Shown here: positions 8,996 through 17,157 of the stretch, one piece after another
Layout: every line of letters starts with the position of its first letter
How positions within the stretch are numbered: position 1 is the first letter of the stretch
IMG/VR virus record: IMGVR_UViG_3300032218_004080
Location: 1-31,282 of that record
Length of the DNA: 31,282 nucleotides
Strand: one strand, 5' to 3'
From: a virus
Lineage: Duplodnaviria; Caudoviricetes
Translations under genes and position numbers: made by a program
Notes under the pieces: generated by a model
What the model was told of the DNA's origin: nothing
Databases searched by the model: none
What the model saw: only the letters and a program-made list of their open reading frames with translations

Positions 8996-9052
8996 CCACT
9001 TTTCAAACTGTCACAGGGGGCACTTACCTGCCCCCTTTTTTGTTGCTATACT
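8996..9052 (+). promoter_or_regulatory. Repeated regulatory cassette, copy 2
   Basis: CCACTTTTCAAACTGTCACA 8996-9015; AGGGGGCA-cttacc-TGCCCCCT + T tract; TGcTATACT 9044-9052. Confidence 0.72.
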
Positions 9053-9086
9053 ATGAGAGTTCAAGACAAAACCACCTAACTACATT

Positions 9087-10211
9087 ATGCCTCGTAAAAT
9101 TTCTGTGACTGATGACCAACTGATCTCTGATCTCCAATCTCTGTTCGGTTCCGAGCTGAGTGCTGGGGATATTCGTGGATACTGCGCTTCCCGCAGCATG
9201 AATTATCAAACTGTAACTCGTCGTTTGGAATCTTTTAAAACTGATCGTGGACGTTGGAATTTGGAAGTGACTCAAGAAAAAGTAGAGCAAATTGAACGTA
9301 CTTATCAAGCACCTGCTGCTCTTCCTGCCGTGGAACAAAACCTTATTCCCGATAAAGATGATACCTTCGTCAAGTTTGGCAATTTTAACGATATTAAAAA
9401 AATTATTCAGTCCACTATCTTTTATCCTACGTTTGTTACGGGTCTTTCGGGTAATGGTAAAACGCTCAGTATTGAGCAAGCATGTGCTCAACTTAAGCGT
9501 GAACTGATTCGCGTAAACATTACAATTGAAACTGATGAGGATGATCTAATCGGTGGTTTCCGTTTGGTAAATGGAGAAACCGTTTGGCATAATGGTCCTG
9601 TGATTGAGGCTTTAGAGCGTGGTGCAATTCTCCTCCTTGATGAGATTGACCTTGCTTCCAATAAGATTCTGTGTTTGCAATCTGTTCTGGAAGGTAAGGG
9701 TGTCTTCCTGAAAAAGATTGGTCGCTTTGTAAAACCTGCTGCTGGTTTCAACGTGTTTGCCACCGCCAACACCAAAGGTAAAGGTTCTGATGATGGGCGT
9801 TTTATCGGCACCAACGTGCTTAACGAAGCATTCCTGGAACGCTTTCCTGTGACCTTTGAGCAATCCTATCCTGCTCCTGCTACTGAGCAAAAGATCCTGG
9901 AAGGCATCGCTCTGGATCTGGGTGTGGAAGACCGTGACTTCTGCAAACGTCTGGTGGACTGGGCAGACATCATCCGCAAGACCTTCTACGATGGTGGTAT
10001 TGAGGAAATCATCAGCACCCGCCGTTTGGTTCACATTATCCGTGCCTACAGCATCTTCAACGATAAGGCAAAGGCGATTCAAGTGTGCATTAATCGTTTT
10101 GATGATGAGACCAAGCAATCGTTCTTGGAACTCTATGATAAAGTGGATGCCGATTTCAAAATGCCTATCGAAGAGGCACCTGAGAAAGTTGACTATCCTC
10201 CCTATATTTGA
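9087..10211 (+). CDS. cobS: CobS-like / MoxR-type AAA+ ATPase
   Basis: Walker A GLSGNGKT, Walker B LLLDEID, ATAN sensor, LNEAFLERF, STRRL; adjacent VWA partner. Confidence 0.88.
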   Translation: MPRKISVTDDQLISDLQSLFGSELSAGDIRGYCASRSMNYQTVTRRLESFKTDRGRWNLEVTQEKVEQIERTYQAPAALPAVEQNLIPDKDDTFVKFGNFNDIKKIIQSTIFYPTFVTGLSGNGKTLSIEQACAQLKRELIRVNITIETDEDDLIGGFRLVNGETVWHNGPVIEALERGAILLLDEIDLASNKILCLQSVLEGKGVFLKKIGRFVKPAAGFNVFATANTKGKGSDDGRFIGTNVLNEAFLERFPVTFEQSYPAPATEQKILEGIALDLGVEDRDFCKRLVDWADIIRKTFYDGGIEEIISTRRLVHIIRAYSIFNDKAKAIQVCINRFDDETKQSFLELYDKVDADFKMPIEEAPEKVDYPPYI

Positions 10212-10217
10212 TATAAT
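10189..10217 (+). promoter_or_regulatory. Sigma70-type promoter in cobS 3' end
   Basis: TTGACT-17 nt-TATAAT with extended TG. Confidence 0.75.
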
Positions 10218-10218
10218 T

Positions 10219-10248
10219 GAGGGAGGTAAATGTGCCCCCTCTTTTTTT
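10219..10248 (+). terminator. Hairpin with T tract
   Basis: GAGGGAGG-taaatgtg-CCCCCTC (one bulge) followed by T7. Confidence 0.5.
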
Positions 10249-10268
10249 GACCTTTACTATGAAAAATT

Positions 10269-10796
10269 ATGTCTGAAAACTTAGAAACCAATTATTCAGA
10301 TTATATTTCTACTGCAAATACTACTATTCTTGGTGGAACTGGATCTGATACTATTTCATTTTCTGGTTCCCATCTTCCTGGGGGAATGTATGATTGGAAT
10401 ACATCCCAGGATTATTGGAATGATGATGGAGTTAGTTTTATTGGAAATCCTAATCCATCACCAGATAGTTTCTCTTTAAATTCTTATAATATTACTATGC
10501 CCGAAAACACAAATGTTAATGGTTTCTGGAAATACAACGAAGACAAAATCCTGAAACAACTTGAAGAATATATTGCTGGTACTTATAGTCAACATTATGT
10601 TGATAGAACTGGTGGTGGAACAGAACAAACCCTGGATAAAATCAAACACAATCGTCGTGAAGGATTTTGTGCTGGAAACATCACTAAGTATACTGATCGT
10701 TATGATACCAAAGGAACTCCTCGTGCTGACTTGTTCAAGGTTTTGCACTATACTATTCTTTTGATTAATCATCTCAATCTCGTTGACAACAAGTGA
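10269..10796 (+). CDS. DUF3310-like (putative nucleotide kinase-like) protein with S/T/G-rich N-terminal extension
   Basis: HY...QTLD...GFCAGNITKYTDRY..KG....DLFKVLHY motif; alternative start at MPENT (10497). Confidence 0.6.
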   Translation: MSENLETNYSDYISTANTTILGGTGSDTISFSGSHLPGGMYDWNTSQDYWNDDGVSFIGNPNPSPDSFSLNSYNITMPENTNVNGFWKYNEDKILKQLEEYIAGTYSQHYVDRTGGGTEQTLDKIKHNRREGFCAGNITKYTDRYDTKGTPRADLFKVLHYTILLINHLNLVDNK

Positions 10797-11479
10797 AACT
10801 TAAAAATCAAATTATGAAACTCTCTGACAATTCTCTGACTATTCTCAAGAATTTTGCTGGAATTAACAATTCGATTCTGGTCAAGCAAGGTAACAAACTC
10901 CGTACCATTTCTGTGGCAAAGAATATCCTTGCCGAAGCAGATATCAACGAAGAGTTTCCCCGCAACTTTGCAATTTATGACCTGAATCAATTTCTGAATG
11001 GTTTAAGTCTTCATCAAGATCCTGAATTGGATTTTACTAATGATTCTTATATCACAATTCGTGAAGGTAAGCGTAGGGTTAAGTATTTCTATGCCGATCC
11101 TAATGTAATCATCTCTCCTCCAGAAAAAGAAATTCAACTTCCTTCTAAAGATGTTTGTTTCCAACTAGAGAGTGCTTCTCTTGAAAAATTGGTCAAGGCA
11201 GCAGCAGTTTATCAACTTCCTGACTTTTCTGCAGTTGGAGAAGCAGGTGTGATTCGTTTGGTTGTTCGTGATAAGAAGAACGATACTTCCAACGAATACT
11301 CGATTGTGGTTGGTGAAACTGATAAGGAATTCACCTTCAACTTTAAGGTTGAGAATATCAAAATCATTCCTGGTGCATATGACGTGGTTGTGTCAGAAAA
11401 ACTTTTGTCACAGTTTAGCAATACCAAGTACAATTTGAAGTATTATATTGCTCTGGAACCCGATTCAACATTTGAATGA
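10793..11479 (+). CDS. gp45: Sliding clamp gp45
   Basis: MKLSDNSLTILKNFAGINNSIL, FAIYDLNQFL, YYIALEPDS; start may be ATG 10814. Confidence 0.95.
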   Translation: MKLKNQIMKLSDNSLTILKNFAGINNSILVKQGNKLRTISVAKNILAEADINEEFPRNFAIYDLNQFLNGLSLHQDPELDFTNDSYITIREGKRRVKYFYADPNVIISPPEKEIQLPSKDVCFQLESASLEKLVKAAAVYQLPDFSAVGEAGVIRLVVRDKKNDTSNEYSIVVGETDKEFTFNFKVENIKIIPGAYDVVVSEKLLSQFSNTKYNLKYYIALEPDSTFE

Positions 11480-11985
11480 ACATTTTTGTAACTAACCAAT
11501 TTCCTGCTGAATCTGCAATTTGTTTACCAGATAAACATATTGTTAAGATGCCTTTGGAGTGTTGTCAAATGCTTTCTATTGTGGCATCTAACTGGTATCA
11601 CAACTATGGCACTCTTCCTAAAGCAGACGGTACAACCTATGCAACTGAAAAGGGTGCCTTTCGCAATCATCCTTGCACAAAATGGGCAGCAGAGTCCATT
11701 CATAATGCCTACTGGTTGATTAAGCATGGAATGAATCTATGTGATGAGTATGCAATTCGTTATGGTAAGATCCATTCATGCTATAATACTCTTCTTGCAG
11801 CATATTATCTTTTCCCCAAAGGAAAGATTACTGATGTGACTCCATTCGTTCGTGCTATGCCTGACGAATACAAACTTGATGAAAGCATTGATACATTCAC
11901 TGCATACAAAATGTATATTGCTTCCAAACCTTGGGTTGCGGAGAACTATCTTCGTATGCCTTCTCGTAAACCTGATTGGATTTGA
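11476..11985 (+). CDS. Pyrimidine dimer DNA glycosylase / endonuclease V-like protein
   Basis: MNIFVT...DKHIVKMPLECCQMLS...NHPCTKWA...RYGKIH...AMPDEYK family pattern. Confidence 0.72.
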   Translation: MNIFVTNQFPAESAICLPDKHIVKMPLECCQMLSIVASNWYHNYGTLPKADGTTYATEKGAFRNHPCTKWAAESIHNAYWLIKHGMNLCDEYAIRYGKIHSCYNTLLAAYYLFPKGKITDVTPFVRAMPDEYKLDESIDTFTAYKMYIASKPWVAENYLRMPSRKPDWI

Positions 11986-11987
11986 TT

Positions 11988-12188
11988 ATGAAAGTTTATG
12001 ATTACCGAATTGTAGAGTGCTTTGATTTTGATGAGATGACTACTTACTATCTTATTCAAAAATACAGTGTTGCTCAAGAAGAGTATGTCCTTCACTCACC
12101 TAAAAGATTTCCAGAACTTATGCAAGCAAAAGCAGCAATTAATATGTTGAGGAGATACAAACAACCAATTTATCATTATGTGGAGTGA
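11988..12188 (+). CDS. Hypothetical protein
   Basis: 66 aa from ATG 11988 (MKVYDYRIVE), packed 2 nt after the upstream stop. Confidence 0.65.
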   Translation: MKVYDYRIVECFDFDEMTTYYLIQKYSVAQEEYVLHSPKRFPELMQAKAAINMLRRYKQPIYHYVE

Positions 12189-12219
12189 TTATTCCAAACT
12201 ACACCAAATGTCGTTTGGT

Positions 12220-12227
12220 TATAAATA
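12220..12227 (+). promoter_or_regulatory. Late promoter of HNH gene
   Basis: TATAAATA, preceded by small inverted repeat ACCAAA-tgtcg-TTTGGT. Confidence 0.75.
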
Positions 12228-12248
12228 ATAATAGTTATTGCTCTTCTA

Positions 12249-12698
12249 ATGAAATTAAACGGAATTACATACAAACAATCAAAAACTTATCCAGACATTT
12301 ATGTGAGTCCTTGTGGTAAAATTCTAAATGTAAAACCTATTGGAAGAGTTGATAAAAGAGATGGATATGTTGTAGTTCGTGAAAAACGACTTCATCAACT
12401 TGTGGTAGAATGTTGGGGGGAACCAAGACCAAAAGGTAGAGATTGGTGTATAGACCATATTGATGAGAACAAAACCAACAACAAAGTTGAAAACTTGAGA
12501 TGGTTGCCTCGTTCAGAAAATACAAGAAGGTCTCAAATTGGAAGATCAAATCCAAGAAAGGCAATAGTTCAAATGGAGGATGAAGTCAAACAAAAAATTA
12601 AAAATCTTTCAGAGCAAGGATTGTCTCAAAGAAAGATTGCTGATATTATGGGTAAAAACCAACGAAGTATTTGGAATGTATTAAATGAGGTTTATTAA
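12249..12698 (+). mobile_element. Free-standing HNH homing endonuclease with C-terminal HTH
   Basis: LHQLV...IDHIDENKTNNKVENLRWLPRSEN (HNH_3-like); GLSQRKIADIMGKNQRSIWNVL HTH. Confidence 0.88.
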
Positions 12699-13642
12699 TG
12701 AGTGAAAATTTCTTGTTTGTTGAAAAATATCGTCCCCGTAAAATTGAGGATTGTATTCTTCCTGATGGTATTAAAAAAACATTTTTGGATTTTGTTGAGA
12801 AGGGAGAAATACCAAACCTTCTTCTTGCTGGACCCCCTGGAGTAGGTAAAACGACAGTAGCAAAAGCATTATGCGAAGAACTTGGAGTAGATTATTATGT
12901 CATTAACGGATCAGACGAAGGACGTTTCCTCGATACTGTACGGAACCAGGCAAAGAACTTTGCTTCGACCGTCTCACTTCAAGGAACTGGTAAGCATAAA
13001 GTCATCATTGTGGATGAGAGTGATAACACAACCGCAGATGTTCAACTCTTACTGCGGGCTAATATTGAGACGTTTTATAACAACTGTCGGTTTATCTTTA
13101 CCTGTAACTATAAAAACAAAATTATCGAACCCCTCCATTCTCGATGCGCCGTTGTTGAGTTTGGAATCAGAGGAAAGGAAAAAACCCAGTTGGCAGGATC
13201 CTTTTTCAAGCGTCTACAAGACATCTTGGATGCAGAAGGCATCAGATATGATCCGAAAGTCCTTGCCGAACTGATTAATAAGCATTTTCCAGATTGGCGC
13301 AGAGTTCTTAATGAATGTCAGAGATACTCTGTTGGCGGTGAAATAGATAGTGGTATTCTTGCATCTTTCTCTGACGTTGCCGTAAATGATCTTATTAATC
13401 ATCTCAAAGATAAAAACTTTCCTGAAGTCAGAAAGTGGGTGGTCGCCAACTTGGACAACGATTCTACTGTCATTCTTCGCAGGATTTATGACGCCTGCTA
13501 TACTTGCCTTTCACCCCAAACTATCCCTGCTGCCGTTCTTGTTATTGCTAAGTACCAATACCAAATTGCGTTCGTTGCTGATCAAGAAATTAATCTCCTA
13601 GCAGCATTAACAGAGATAATGTGTGAGTGTGAGTTTAAATGA
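12698..13642 (+). CDS. gp44: Clamp loader ATPase subunit gp44
   Basis: VEKYRP, GPPGVGKT, IIVDE, SRC motif. Confidence 0.96.
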   Translation: MSENFLFVEKYRPRKIEDCILPDGIKKTFLDFVEKGEIPNLLLAGPPGVGKTTVAKALCEELGVDYYVINGSDEGRFLDTVRNQAKNFASTVSLQGTGKHKVIIVDESDNTTADVQLLLRANIETFYNNCRFIFTCNYKNKIIEPLHSRCAVVEFGIRGKEKTQLAGSFFKRLQDILDAEGIRYDPKVLAELINKHFPDWRRVLNECQRYSVGGEIDSGILASFSDVAVNDLINHLKDKNFPEVRKWVVANLDNDSTVILRRIYDACYTCLSPQTIPAAVLVIAKYQYQIAFVADQEINLLAALTEIMCECEFK

Positions 13643-13830
13643 GTTATAAAAATCTAAGGGATATTCCAGTTAAAACAACTCCAGAAAATGTAAAGGAGGC
13701 AAATGAAGCACTCTTTTATTCTAAAATGAATCTTCCACAAGCAGCAAAGCATTGTGGAATGACTCAAAAAGAAATGAAACTTACTTTTTTTGAATACCTA
13801 AAGTATAACAAACCTAATTATGAAAATTGA
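13639..13830 (+). CDS. Small HTH-like protein
   Basis: 63 aa; MNLPQAAKHCGMTQKEMK fits a helix-turn-helix pattern; ATGA overlap with gp44. Confidence 0.6.
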   Translation: MSYKNLRDIPVKTTPENVKEANEALFYSKMNLPQAAKHCGMTQKEMKLTFFEYLKYNKPNYEN

Positions 13831-14362
13831 TTTTTTTCGCATCAATCTTGAAGAATTCTTTGGATGTGTTAATGCTACAAATACATCACAAATGAAATCT
13901 AATGCTTTTAAAACTTTCCGAACTTATTTGCAAGAAAAATCCTTTGCAAAATGGAGTGATGGGCAGTTAAACTATGTTGGAGATTATGAAGATGGTAGAG
14001 ATTTTATAGACGATTCTGGAACTTTTTATGAAATGAAAGGATCTTTAGGTCTTTTTAATGTGAACAAAAGTTGTAAGCGTCTTGTTTTAATCAACAAACG
14101 CCCAGGAAAAAAGAAAAAGAAAGAATTAAAAAAAGAAGATATTCAAAAAACATTTGAATATATGCTTCTTGTAGATACTAAAAATATGTCTATTGCATAT
14201 ACTGATTGGGATACTGTATATTCACGAGTTGAATGTGATGGTGCTGGAGCCACATTTAAACTTGAAAGTGATGATTATAGAATGATTGCAACCAATATTG
14301 TTCCAACAGAAAAACAAATTGATGCTGGTCAACTTTTGAATATGATGGAGGTAATTTTGTAA
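13820..14362 (+). CDS. Putative PD-(D/E)XK nuclease (restriction-endonuclease-like)
   Basis: YLQEKSF...DGRDFIDDSGTFYEMKG gives E..D-X9-E-x-K; basic patch KRPGKKKKK. Confidence 0.55.
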   Translation: MKIDFFRINLEEFFGCVNATNTSQMKSNAFKTFRTYLQEKSFAKWSDGQLNYVGDYEDGRDFIDDSGTFYEMKGSLGLFNVNKSCKRLVLINKRPGKKKKKELKKEDIQKTFEYMLLVDTKNMSIAYTDWDTVYSRVECDGAGATFKLESDDYRMIATNIVPTEKQIDAGQLLNMMEVIL

Positions 14363-15234
14363 TGAAATCTTTTAAGACTCCGTTACGCTACCCAGGTGGT
14401 AAATCCCGTGCTTGTGAAAAGATGGGACCTTACTTTCCCGATCTTCGCAACTATGATGAGTTCCGAGAACCATTTCTTGGTGGCGGAAGCGTTGCAATTT
14501 ATATCACTAAGAAATATCCCAACCTAGATATTTGGGTGAATGATTTGTATGAACCTCTTGTAAATTTTTGGCAACAACTTCAAATCTTTGGGTATGATTT
14601 AAAAAGTGAACTTAAAGATTTAAAGACGGCAAATAATACTCCAGATTTAGCAAGAAAACTTTTTCTACAATCAAAGGAGCGGATTAATGACCAAACTGTG
14701 TCAAATTTCGATCGTGCTGTGGCTTTCTATGTTGTTAATAAATGTTCTTTTAGTGGTCTCACAGAAAGTTCTTCATTTTCAGAACAAGCATCTAACTCCA
14801 ACTTTAGCTTGCGGGGGATTGAAAAGTTGTCTGGGTATTCTAAGATAATTGAAAAGTGGCGTATAACTAACTATTCCTATGATTATCTGATGGATGGAAA
14901 TAAAGGTGCTTTTATGTATCTCGATCCTCCTTATGACATTAAGGACAATCTCTATGGGCGTAAAGGATCAATGCACAAAGGATTTGATCACGATAAGTTT
15001 GCTGCTGATTGTGATGCTAACGATATGGATCAATTGATTAGTTATAACTCTGATCAACTTGTTAAAGATCGTTTTAAAAATTGGAATGCTGCTGAGTTTG
15101 ATTTGACTTATACGATGCGTTCTGTGGGTGAATATATGCGTGAGCAAAAACAACGTAAAGAACTCTTGCTTTTTAATTATGGAATTGAAGGACTGGTTAA
15201 ACTCGATCAATCAGACGAAGCAGCATCTGATTGA
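14362..15234 (+). CDS. dam: DNA adenine methyltransferase (Dam/D12 class)
   Basis: LRYPGGKS, EPFLGGGS, VND, YLDPPY, ISY, ELLLFNY. Confidence 0.92.
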   Translation: MKSFKTPLRYPGGKSRACEKMGPYFPDLRNYDEFREPFLGGGSVAIYITKKYPNLDIWVNDLYEPLVNFWQQLQIFGYDLKSELKDLKTANNTPDLARKLFLQSKERINDQTVSNFDRAVAFYVVNKCSFSGLTESSSFSEQASNSNFSLRGIEKLSGYSKIIEKWRITNYSYDYLMDGNKGAFMYLDPPYDIKDNLYGRKGSMHKGFDHDKFAADCDANDMDQLISYNSDQLVKDRFKNWNAAEFDLTYTMRSVGEYMREQKQRKELLLFNYGIEGLVKLDQSDEAASD

Positions 15235-15559
15235 TGAAGATCCTTCGCTTGAGAAGGAATATGCTCCATATATTATCAATCGTTGTCTTTCGGGACATAT
15301 TGATTGTTTGATGTTTGCGAATGAAATGAATCAATATCATTTCCTTCCAAAAAAGATGCAATATGACTTTTTTATAAATAGTCTGAGGAAAAAGAAGAGA
15401 TTTTCTCCCTGGCTCCGTCAAGATAAAATCAAAGACCTTGATTATGTCAAACGTTATTATGGATATAGTAATGAAAAGGCAAAACAAGCTTTGAGGATTC
15501 TTACTAAAGAACAACTAACATTTATTAAATCGAAATTTGAAACTGGAGGAACAAAATGA
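15179..15559 (+). CDS. gp62: Clamp loader small subunit gp62
   Basis: MELKDWLNSIN...YIINRCLS...ANEMN...YYGYSNEKA; start ATG 15179 overlaps dam by 56 nt. Confidence 0.93.
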   Translation: MELKDWLNSINQTKQHLIDEDPSLEKEYAPYIINRCLSGHIDCLMFANEMNQYHFLPKKMQYDFFINSLRKKKRFSPWLRQDKIKDLDYVKRYYGYSNEKAKQALRILTKEQLTFIKSKFETGGTK

Positions 15560-15999
15560 GTGTCGTTCAAGAACCTGAAGTAAAGTGGACGCCCGACCAA
15601 ATGGTTGAAGTGATTCTCAATGAACCTGATGACTTTCTGAAAGTTCGTGAGACTTTGACCCGTATCGGAGTTGCATCACGCAAGGAAAAGAAAATCTATC
15701 AATCTTGTCATATTCTGCACAAGCAAGGTAGGTATTATCTTGTGCATTTTAAAGAACTGTTTGCTCTTGATGGTAAACATGCAAATCTTACGGTAAACGA
15801 TGTTCAGCGTCGTAATCGTATTGCCCAATTGATTGCTGATTGGGGTTTGGTAGAAATCGTCGATGTTTCTAAGATTGCTGATATTGCTCCACTTAATCAA
15901 ATCAAAGTCCTTGCCTATAAGGACAAAGGAGATTGGATTTTGGAGACCAAGTACAATATTGGTTCTAAGAAAAAACGTACAGAAGAAGAAACCGAATAA
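15556..15999 (+). CDS. regA: Translational repressor RegA
   Basis: DDFLKVRETLTRIGVAS, QSCHILHKQGRYYLVHFKELFALDG. Confidence 0.96.
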   Translation: MSVVQEPEVKWTPDQMVEVILNEPDDFLKVRETLTRIGVASRKEKKIYQSCHILHKQGRYYLVHFKELFALDGKHANLTVNDVQRRNRIAQLIADWGLVEIVDVSKIADIAPLNQIKVLAYKDKGDWILETKYNIGSKKKRTEEETE

Positions 16000-16003
16000 A
16001 AAG

Positions 16004-16031
16004 GTGGGGAGAACAACACTCCTCATTTTTT
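16004..16031 (+). terminator. Intrinsic terminator after regA
   Basis: GTGGGGAG-aacaaca-CTCCTCAT followed by T tract. Confidence 0.65.
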
Positions 16032-16105
16032 ATGTTCTGAATATATAATAATGATGTTGCCTTCGGGGACATTATTAATTTACAGACGCTTTAAGGAGGT
16101 CTACT

Positions 16106-16570
16106 ATGTTTGGAACAAGTTCGCTTACACTCTCAGTACCAGAAACTGCAAAGTATCTTGCTGATATTCAAAGAAATAGTATTGGATTGGATGAGTGGTT
16201 TAGAAGATTTGATAGTGCGTTTGAAACGCATACAAATTATCCACCGTACAATCTTGTAAAGGAAGATAGTATTACTTTTAGATTAGAAATTGCTCTTGCT
16301 GGATTTAAACGAGAAGAGATTGAAGTTACTACAGAATGGAATAAACTTTTTGTTGACGCAAAAAAAGTTGAAGATTCTTATGATGAATATCTACATCAAG
16401 GACTTGCTAAAAGAGCATTTACTCGTACCTGGACTTTATCTGACGATGTAGAAGTTAAAGATGTTTCTTTTGTTGATGGATTACTCACTATTAAACTAAA
16501 TAGAGTTATTCCAGAACATCAGAAAAAGAAAGTTTATGAGATCGTTTCAGGAGTTTCTACAGATACTTGA
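16106..16570 (+). CDS. hsp20: Small heat shock protein
   Basis: NYPPYNL, LEIALAGF, YLHQGLAKRAFTRTWTL, DGLLTIKL; strong SD AAGGAGGT. Confidence 0.95.
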   Translation: MFGTSSLTLSVPETAKYLADIQRNSIGLDEWFRRFDSAFETHTNYPPYNLVKEDSITFRLEIALAGFKREEIEVTTEWNKLFVDAKKVEDSYDEYLHQGLAKRAFTRTWTLSDDVEVKDVSFVDGLLTIKLNRVIPEHQKKKVYEIVSGVSTDT

Positions 16571-16700
16571 TGAAAAGGTAGGAGATTTTGGTGCAACTGA
16601 TGCATATGTTAAACCTAAAGAAAATTGCTATGGTAAAACAGTTGATTATAAAATGGCACCAGGTAAAAAAGTATGTTCTTTTAAAAGAAAGCGTGAGTGA
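16536..16700 (+). CDS. 54-aa protein with capsid-targeting-like N-terminus (not in ORF track)
   Basis: MRSFQEFLQILDEKVGDFGATDAYVKPKENCYGKTVDYKMAPGKKVCSFKRKRE; CTAAATA at 16496-16502 upstream. Confidence 0.65.
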   Translation: MRSFQEFLQILDEKVGDFGATDAYVKPKENCYGKTVDYKMAPGKKVCSFKRKRE

Positions 16701-16727
16701 TAAATAGTATTGAATATCGTCGCCGCA

Positions 16728-16779
16728 GGGGAGCAACTGGCAAAATCCAGTTGACACTCCCCCATTTTTTTGCTAAAAT
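16728..16779 (+). promoter_or_regulatory. Terminator hairpin with embedded sigma70 promoter
   Basis: GGGGAG-CAACTGG-caaaat-CCAGTTG-aca-CTCCCC + T tract; TTGACA 16751-16756, 17 nt, TAAAAT 16774-16779. Confidence 0.72.
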
Positions 16780-16803
16780 ATACACACAATAATTTTTAAA
16801 ATT

Positions 16804-17157
16804 ATGACTTTAAAATTAGTTCTGTTAAAATCTGGAGAAACAATTATTTCTGATGTTAGAGAAGTTCTTCAGGAAGAAAAACTTTATGGATATCTATTTA
16901 CTAATCCCCAGAGAGTTTTTTATGATTCTCCAGTATTAGTTCCTGAAGAACAAAAAGAATCTAGTGTTGTTAATGTTTCGTTAACTAAATGGATTCTTTT
17001 ATCCAAAAGCAATCAAATGGTAGTTCCTTTTGATTGGGTTGTAACTATTGTTGATCCTATTGAATCTCTAGAAAAAATGTACAATCCAAATGGTGATGTA
17101 GAACAAACCGATGAAAATTTAATTGAACAGGAAAGTACTGATGGAAGCAACAATTAA
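16804..17157 (+). CDS. Conserved hypothetical protein, possible Sm-like fold
   Basis: KLVLLKSGETIISDV...NP...W...WVVTIVDP. Confidence 0.75.
   Translation: MTLKLVLLKSGETIISDVREVLQEEKLYGYLFTNPQRVFYDSPVLVPEEQKESSVVNVSLTKWILLSKSNQMVVPFDWVVTIVDPIESLEKMYNPNGDVEQTDENLIEQESTDGSNN

Noticed and set aside
6768-9015. 20-bp direct repeat as CRISPR or mobile-element ends
   Set aside because: Only two copies 2.2 kb apart, no cas or recombinase gene, each tied to a hairpin and -10
9051-10118. Several minus-strand ORFs of 108-168 aa over cobS
   Set aside because: Explained by codon bias and local GC rise in the sense gene
12190-12698. HNH gene as part of a group I intron
   Set aside because: Flanking genes are intact and the 60-nt gap cannot hold a ribozyme core
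15373-15380. TATAAATA inside gp62
   Set aside because: Could drive late regA/hsp20 expression, but encodes F-I-N in AT-rich DNA and chance cannot be excluded
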